A DNA stretch of 55,202 bases, counting the filler, from Sphacelaria rigidula (Eukaryota), in the NCBI GenBank assembly GCA_964200075.2. It is 6 parts of 6 records of this genome, joined end to end, with 100 filler letters (N's around TTAATTAATTAA, not from the genome) between each part and the next. Parts side by side here need not be neighbours in the genome. Positions count along the whole stretch, not along the records: positions 46,087 to 55,202 come from CAXNAA020009262.1; 5 more parts are not named here. One strand, written 5' to 3'. Positions 48,700-55,202 of this stretch are shown here, one piece after another. Under the pieces are notes generated by a model. That model was not told the origin of the DNA. It did no database searches and saw only the letters and a list, made by a program, of their open reading frames with translations. Each line of letters begins with the position of its first letter. Within the stretch, counting starts at the first letter, position 1. Made by a program: the position numbers and the translations under genes.

Positions 48700-51500
48700 G
48701 CTCCAACATAATCACGCGCCTAAGGTCTTGTAGGTGGATATCTGCCAGTTGTGCGGTGATCTTGGTAATCTTGACAGATTTGATGTGATCTTCGTTCATG
48801 TGTTGGTGTCTGTAAATGTAGCGGGCTCCATGCGTCCTCTCTCCGATGCCGGCAAAAACGCGATAGAACGAGCGTGTAACTTTGAAAAATGTTGTATTTC
48901 TCGCGCACCGGGGAGGTTGGGCAGTGAGTAATTTCACGATGAGGCGGCGGTATGATGATTTTGGAATTGTCGGCGAAAATAACTGCTGGAATATTCGGGG
49001 CTAGATGAAAGCTTCGAGGTATCGTAGGCGATGTACACGTGTCGGTGTAGAAGGGTCTCGCGATCTTTCCAACAGTGCACGCGATCTTCAGAGCGTTCAC
49101 GAATACAATTTTATCGTTTGTTTGTGCTACTAGGTGAAATCGTGTTGTTAGCTAGGTGTACGTGTGTGCTTGAGCGTTGATTCGTCTCATGAAAAATGTG
49201 TAACGACCGCTTTCAGCGGTGTCGTTTGTATTGGGAGTGTGTGCGCTGTCGCCGGGGAGTGTATCGCGTTCATGTCTTGGTCGATAACGTGGGCTAGATT
49301 TACCAGTCACCACGTCGTATTGTATTTGCCAAGCGTCATGGGGTGAAAACAGGTTATTGTGTGATGCAGGTGTTACGTCGTGAGGCCGCATGCTTGTTGT
49401 GGAACCGACGCGCCTATGAAAGCGGATGTAGACTACCTACTTGTTTGGAATAGCTTGCAAATGAGATTCCATCTGCGCGCTTAGGCCGTGTCTCGTCGGG
49501 CTGAGAAAAAAACAGTCAAGAGCAAAGCAAACGCCCAGAAGCAGCATGTCGATTGCTCATCCATCTCCGCGCGTGATGTTGCGGCGAACGGTCAACATGC
49601 TGCTTTTGGGCGATTCCTTTCCTTTCCATTGTTTTTTTTCAGCCCGTCAAGATGGGCCCATATATCCAGTGCCAGATGGAGAGTTTCCGATAAAGCTCTT
49701 GTGGCACACGACGGCGAGTTGGAGTGAGATCTTGTGGTATTTGACAACAAGGTTCGGTAACAAGGTAAAATCCGCTGATCGTTTGCGACACGCAGCTAGC
49801 TAGGCACTGGAAGCACAGGTTTTAACGCTCATCCTTTGGCCACGAAACATCTGGAGGCGTTCCTTGTTCTGCAGGAGAGTCCGTATGTAGAAATGGACTT
49901 ACGTGGCCACAGGGCTGGCGTGAAATGAGCCCAAATGTATTGTCATCGCCGAGCCATCCAACTTCCACATAGTGAGGTCGTTCATGGTCTAAAGTCCCTC
50001 ACCCATAAGATTTTGTTGTGTCCGTGAGTGACGTCGCCTGTTGATAATACAATTCTGCCTAGTCAGACTCCGGCATTTTTCACTACTGAAAGAACTGCGC
50101 GCATGCTTTTCATCTCCCCGTGGCGTTCTTAGTATTCGTCTTGTGCGGACGATTAAGGGAGTGTTACAGGCAATCGGAAGGGGGTGTTGAGATCCCATGA
50201 AACGGTAGTTGGTGGATGCCGGTGGCCGAAACATGACGTTCTGAAAATATCATTGTTCGGACCCAGATCTGGACACTCTCCTTCACGGGGAAGATTTTAT
50301 TCGACGAAGCACTCTGCTGTTTGGCGATGCGCCAGGAGAGCGTCCTCGAATTTTTCCATGACCGACCCTTCTGTAACTTCACGCAAGTTGATATGCGATG
50401 GCACGTGCGCGACAGGCAGCAAAAAACAAGTAGCAGCCATTCGACTGATGCCGCGGTAGCCCCCCCATAAATGTAGCTGGTTTACACGGAGGCAATATCT
50501 GCATGTAAATCAAGGTGGCAAAGCTGAGCAAATTGATCAGTTGGGAATTCCCACCCTTGGGATCTTTATCGCCAATGCCGCCCACATGAGGCGCTCCATG
50601 CAGTCTCAGACCAGCTATCGTAGGCTGTGTGACCATTTCCTTCGTGACAATTTCGGGGTTGGTTTGGGAGGTTGTTATTGCGCCATTTCTCATTTACGAA
50701 TCAAAGGCTCGACAAGCGAAGATCGAGGTCTGGGGTGGAATGCGCAGATACGTTTGTGATTGGTTGCCTCGGTCTCACAACGGACGACCCGGGGTCCCGA
50801 AGACGGGAGATATGTGGGAACTTGGATATAGGTGAGCACCAACAACTGTATGCTTGGTGAGCTAAGTTCTCGATGAAAGCGGTAATAAGATACTTGCAGC
50901 GTTTGGCCATAATTCGGTCCCCGCGGCCTCAAATGGCTTCATATCCTCGCGCAACGCGTCAGCACTCCGGCTCGCTCGTCGACGTTTGAGTCCTTGGCGC
51001 GGTATGATTGAGTATCCCGAGCAGTCTCCTAGCTTTCAGACTCATTCGATTGTTCCACGTACTTGCGGTCTCCCGAATTGCAACGGGGAAAGTTGCGAGT
51101 TCAGTAATCGGCCCCCCAGCATTATCGTTCGATAGGTTTTTGGTGCAGCCTGCAGACAAAGGATCCCACAATCTGAGTGTCATACACACTGGTCCTTGAA
51201 GGTGAAATACCGGCTGCACTAAATTTTTCACGGCAGGCGTTTGAGCGTCAGATGTTCCAGATCGACCACTAGACATTTGTGAAAAATGTATCTTGGGATG
51301 AGGAGTATATGACTCAGAGATTCGGGAGCACGGAAGACATGGTGTGCTTTCTTCAAGGGCGGTGCTCGCAGACAGGAGCTGCTCGGATTCAGCGTCGAGG
51401 TTGCCGATGTTGAATTCAGTCGATGATTCTGTCCCGAGAGGTCTCGTGCCCAAGAGGTTGACAAACACGATTTTAGGTTTGCTCTGTTTGAGCCGTATGA
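48700..51500 (-). mobile_element. Heavily decayed Ty1/Copia-like relic
   Basis: Weak RNase H-like motifs (PAVIFADNS; HMNEDHIKSVKITKITAQLADIH; GDSAH...SGRYTFFM) with faint integrase/gag-like fragments upstream in Copia order; boundaries approximate. Confidence 0.4.
50542..50675 (+). repeat. Dispersed repeat R2, copy 1
   Basis: TGGGAATTCCCAC.CTTGGG...TGACC...TCGTGA.A.TTTCGGG, colinear with 54848-54985. Confidence 0.7.
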
Positions 51501-52630
51501 GGGACATGATTGCATTCCCCCCTCTTCTTTGATGTGGCGGACGCGGGCGATGGCTGGTTGGCGAGGCTTAATCTCCCCTCGAGGAAAGCTCGGAGCCACA
51601 TTCTCACGATCCAAGGATCAGAGAGGGACACTATCATGCTGCCGCGTTTATTTCTCGTCTGACATGAACAAGAAATCTTGCGTACACCAGTAGTTCACGC
51701 GTTGATGTCCCTTCCCTTCCTTCAGACACACGACGTACATAGTCCCGAAAGTGATGTTTTTTTGCGAACCTGGCCTTACCGTATATTTCGCACAGAGTTT
51801 AGTGATTGAGAAATATATCTCTTCCAAAATTGGGATTCCACGGGAGAGCAGTATCGTTTACCGAGGAAAAAAAGGGGGGGTGGAAGGGTCGCGTCACAGG
51901 GGGGTAGGGTGTTCTAGTCGGCCAGATGCGGTATCGTGGGTGGACGGTGGCATCGACGGAGACGATGCGAATGAATCGATATTGCAAAAGCGGCTGCACC
52001 CTCGTTGGTCAGCGTTTTACCTGATTCCCGTGAATACGCGATGCACGACGTGTGTTTTCATGCGAGTCTCCCACAGTGAAGATGGAAGACAAAACTCGGG
52101 CGTTTTGTTTGAAAGGCACACTATAAACCATGCACAGTTTGCTCGGGGGCACAAATGATGAAGACGAGAGTTGGATTGGATCACAAATGCCCCCCAAACT
52201 CGGTTCGGCCACTAGACGTGACGCAGATATTTACCGCGTCTGTCAGAGCACCTCCTAGGCACAAACAGAGATGCCACCACACGCAACACTTAAAATTATG
52301 GTATCAGCCGAATAAAATCATAGGGATTTGTATCTTGGCAAAGACGGAAGTAGTCGCGTAGTCTTGCGAACGCTTTGGCCTCGGTACTGTAAATACCCAG
52401 ACCTGCGTACAATAATCTGCCGAATGACCAGCAAAACAGGATGCACACGACAGGTGAAGTACTACATGCAGTAGAGGGTCAATCCTTACGGAGCAGATGG
52501 GCCAAGCAGAAATACACAGGGGGTCAGGTGAATGTGGCGGTCAGGTGAATGTGGGCTGACGTCAGCTGAAATGAGCGAAAATAGAAGCAAGGTGACACCG
52601 GCCCGTGACCACATCGTCAAGTATCGTACA

Positions 52631-52998
52631 GGCTGGTCCGCCCGAGAAGCCATCAGGAATGTTGAAACGCATTTTCTTTGCTCAATTTCGAATCGTTTTT
52701 GATGAATTTTTTTTTCAACACTATCTACAGGACGTATGTGCGAACAGCTGACCTTCCATCCCCTGTTTTTTTCCTTTATTCGTGAGTTAATGGCAAACTT
52801 GTCTCGAAAAAAACTGTTCTAAAATGTTACGTCGCCAATAACGCACGAGAAGAAAACAAAAACAGGGGATGGAAGGTCAGCTGTTCGCACATACGTCCTG
52901 TAGATCGTGTCAAAATTTCATCAAAAACGATTCGAAATTGAGCGAAGAAAATGCGTCATTCCGTCGACAGGCAGTTACTATGTGGAGATGGACCAGCC
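52631..52998. mobile_element. Fold-back MITE with long TIRs (GGC...GCC termini, possibly PIF/Harbinger-like)
   Basis: GGCTGGTCC...GGACCAGCC ends and ~110-bp near-perfect inverted arms (52667-52770 vs 52857-52956); no clean TSD. Confidence 0.8.
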
Positions 52999-53026
52999 AC
53001 GAATAATTCAAAAGCAAATATGTAGC

Positions 53027-53336
53027 GCAATTTCAAGTTTTTTTGGATGAAATTTTTGACACGATGTACAGGACGTCTGTGCGAAGACCCGACCTATCAT
53101 CCCCTGTTTTTTTTTTCTCTCCATGAGTTATTGGCAATTTTGTTCCGTAAAAACTGTTCTGAAATGTTCCGCCGACAATAACTCACGGAGAAAAAAAAAA
53201 CAGGGGAGGAACGAAGGGGTATTCGCACATACATCCTGTACATCGTGTCAAAATTTCATTGAAAACGATCCAAAATTGAGCGAAGAAAATGCGTCATTCC
53301 GTCGACAAGCAGTTACTATGTGGAGACGGACCATCC
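53027..53336. mobile_element. Second, left-truncated copy of the fold-back MITE
   Basis: Colinear with 52682-52998; ends GCAGTTACTATGTGGAGACGGACCATCC. Confidence 0.8.
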
Positions 53337-53774
53337 CCTTTGACTTGTCTTCTTCTACTCTCGGCTCAGAGACCTTCGCGAACTGCTCATTGGTTTGCAC
53401 ACTACTACCAGACGCCTTGGCGCGCTGGGGACCTCGTTTGCGTGCCATATTGGATACTGTGCGCCTAGTGCGACATGTGTTGTTGTACGGTCGCAACATG
53501 AAGTAACACGCGGTACAACCGACTGTAACCGCAAATCCACTTTTAGCTGTTTTTTTTTTGTTGATTCCACCGCATATGGTGCCCTCAACTCTCTACGCTT
53601 CGCACTTCACCACCGTTTGGTATTTCGTTTGATGGGACCTTCTCGAATCGCAGTGCTACATGAATTTGAAGACGTCGCCAATTACAATGATGTGTCGTAG
53701 TAGGCACAACTCGCGGCACATCGTGAGTGAGCACGGACTGAAGGAAAATGAGCTTCTTGGGCGGCCCAGCTCGT

Positions 53775-54470
53775 ATGGCATGCAAGATCACGAGTACACC
53801 CCCTTCCCCCCCCCGTCACTTACCGCCACTCCAGCCTGGTCCGGCGAAAACCCGGCGGGGTCCTTCCCGGCTTTGTAGGGATGCGAGGTCAATGATCGCA
53901 TGGCTACGGCATGCAAGATCATGAGTACCCCCTTGCCGGCACCTCATTCTGGGGGTTGGCGTCGGTCGGCAACGACGCTGAAAAACACGCCACTCACTGC
54001 GCAAGCCAGGCAACCAGTTTGCCATTTCTTCTTTTTCGCTTGCGTGTTTTTTTTTGCGGTATCTATGATGGTGTTCAAGCTAGATCATGCTGTGCGGGGT
54101 AGAGAACTCGATGTCCCCGCGGAAAGGGGATGATCGTACTTTAATAGGGAGTGTTGATATGGTGAGACCTCCATGAGGCAGTGTGCAACCCGTGGCTGTC
54201 TTTGGAAGTGACGATACCAGAAAATGGAGCAAGTCATTGTAGGCTGTCAGCCATATGCAAGACGATCAGCACGCCTCGGGCGGAACAATCTTGATAGGGT
54301 GCAGCTCACCCTTCATGCGACTCGCCGAACACATCACGGTGCTTCGCGCTCTAAGTCATCGCGGACCTAGTCTAGCGAAATCCCAGCGTGCTCCGGCCCG
54401 GCTTTGCAGGGGTGCGAGGTCAATGGTTTCATGACGACGGTCATGAGCATACCCTTCCCCCGCCCTCCCT
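53775..54470 (-). repeat. Dispersed repeat family R1, copy 3
   Basis: Reverse complement of 1-440 and 4150-4950; GGCTTTG.AGGG.TGCGAGGTCAATG recurs at ~53870 and ~54400. Confidence 0.85.
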
Positions 54471-54847
54471 GACACTCGTCCATCGGTTTGGCACTCCCGG
54501 ATATATTCACTTTTCGGCTGGGAACCGGGACAAAAGAAGTATGAATGCTGATGATGCAAAAGCATCTGCATCAGCTGCTAGAGTGATTTGATGGCACGTG
54601 AAAACACTCGTTTGAGAGCGTTCCTGCTTTCAAACAAAATCGCGTAGATGAAGGGAGGTGATGATGGCAAGCGGGGCGTCTCTTGCACTCCGGGGAGATG
54701 CAGCAAAGCGTTTATGGGTCCCACGTTGGATGGGCATGTTGTTTGTGATGACACTTTTTTACGATAGCCCCCCCCCCCCCCCCTCAAAAAGTGCCTGGTT
54801 TAGGGGGGGAAAGTCTAAAATGTAAAAAGCCGAGCACAACAAGCCGC

Positions 54848-54985
54848 TGGGAATTCCCACTCTTGGGTTCGTTCTCGCCGATGTCGCACATGTGAGTGGG
54901 TTCGTGCGGCCTGAACCCAAACAGGAGGCGCTGTATGACCTTTTTTCTCGTGAAACTTTCGGGCTGATTTTGGGTTGGGGGGGCT
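54848..54985 (+). repeat. Dispersed repeat R2, copy 2
   Basis: Colinear with 50542-50675. Confidence 0.7.
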
Positions 54986-55202
54986 ATCGAAACGTATCAG
55001 GAATTAATCCGTCTTCCCGGTACCCCCCTTGCATCTTGTTCTCGCGGAGTGGATCATGACTATCAGCACTCCCGCACCGGATAATATATATATTTTCCCT
55101 CACACTTTGAACCCCTCCCCTTCCTCGGGATGAGTCCGTGGCCTCAAGGGATCAATCCATCTCTCCCCCGGTACGTGCCTTTCATTTTTGTCTCGCGGAT
55201 TG

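Overview
Eukaryotic, repeat-rich, spliced-gene DNA, most consistent with a brown alga (Phaeophyceae); the taxon is inferred, not proven. The window is not one locus. It is six size-sorted contigs (9118, 9118, 9118, 9116, 9116, 9116 bp) joined by five artificial 100-bp linkers (44 N + TTAATTAATTAA + 44 N), so no synteny can be read across linkers. Contig 1 holds a dispersed repeat, a decayed unidentified coding tract and a tRNA-derived SINE. Contig 2 holds three Sola2-like MITEs, a second SINE, orphan exons and an intronless 812-codon ORF with about 10.5 acidic 28-aa repeats. Contig 3 is a decayed, internally deleted Ty3/Gypsy element bracketed by inverted repeats. Contig 4 holds a telomere-repeat MITE inside an ORF, a 5'-truncated SINE with a 15-bp TSD, a second deleted Gypsy-like relic and a 40-42-bp minisatellite. 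Contig 5 holds the first exon of BRAP2 head-to-head with a complete 4-exon, ~1353-aa IQ/Sfi1-like/C2H2/RGS-like/WW gene. Contig 6 holds an RCC1-repeat exon, a probable Copia relic and fold-back MITEs. The most interesting signal is that both dissimilar Gypsy-like relics end in a chromo-like domain followed by a second Royal-family-like module (PWWP-like in one, Tudor-like in the other). All domain calls were made by eye and need HMM confirmation.
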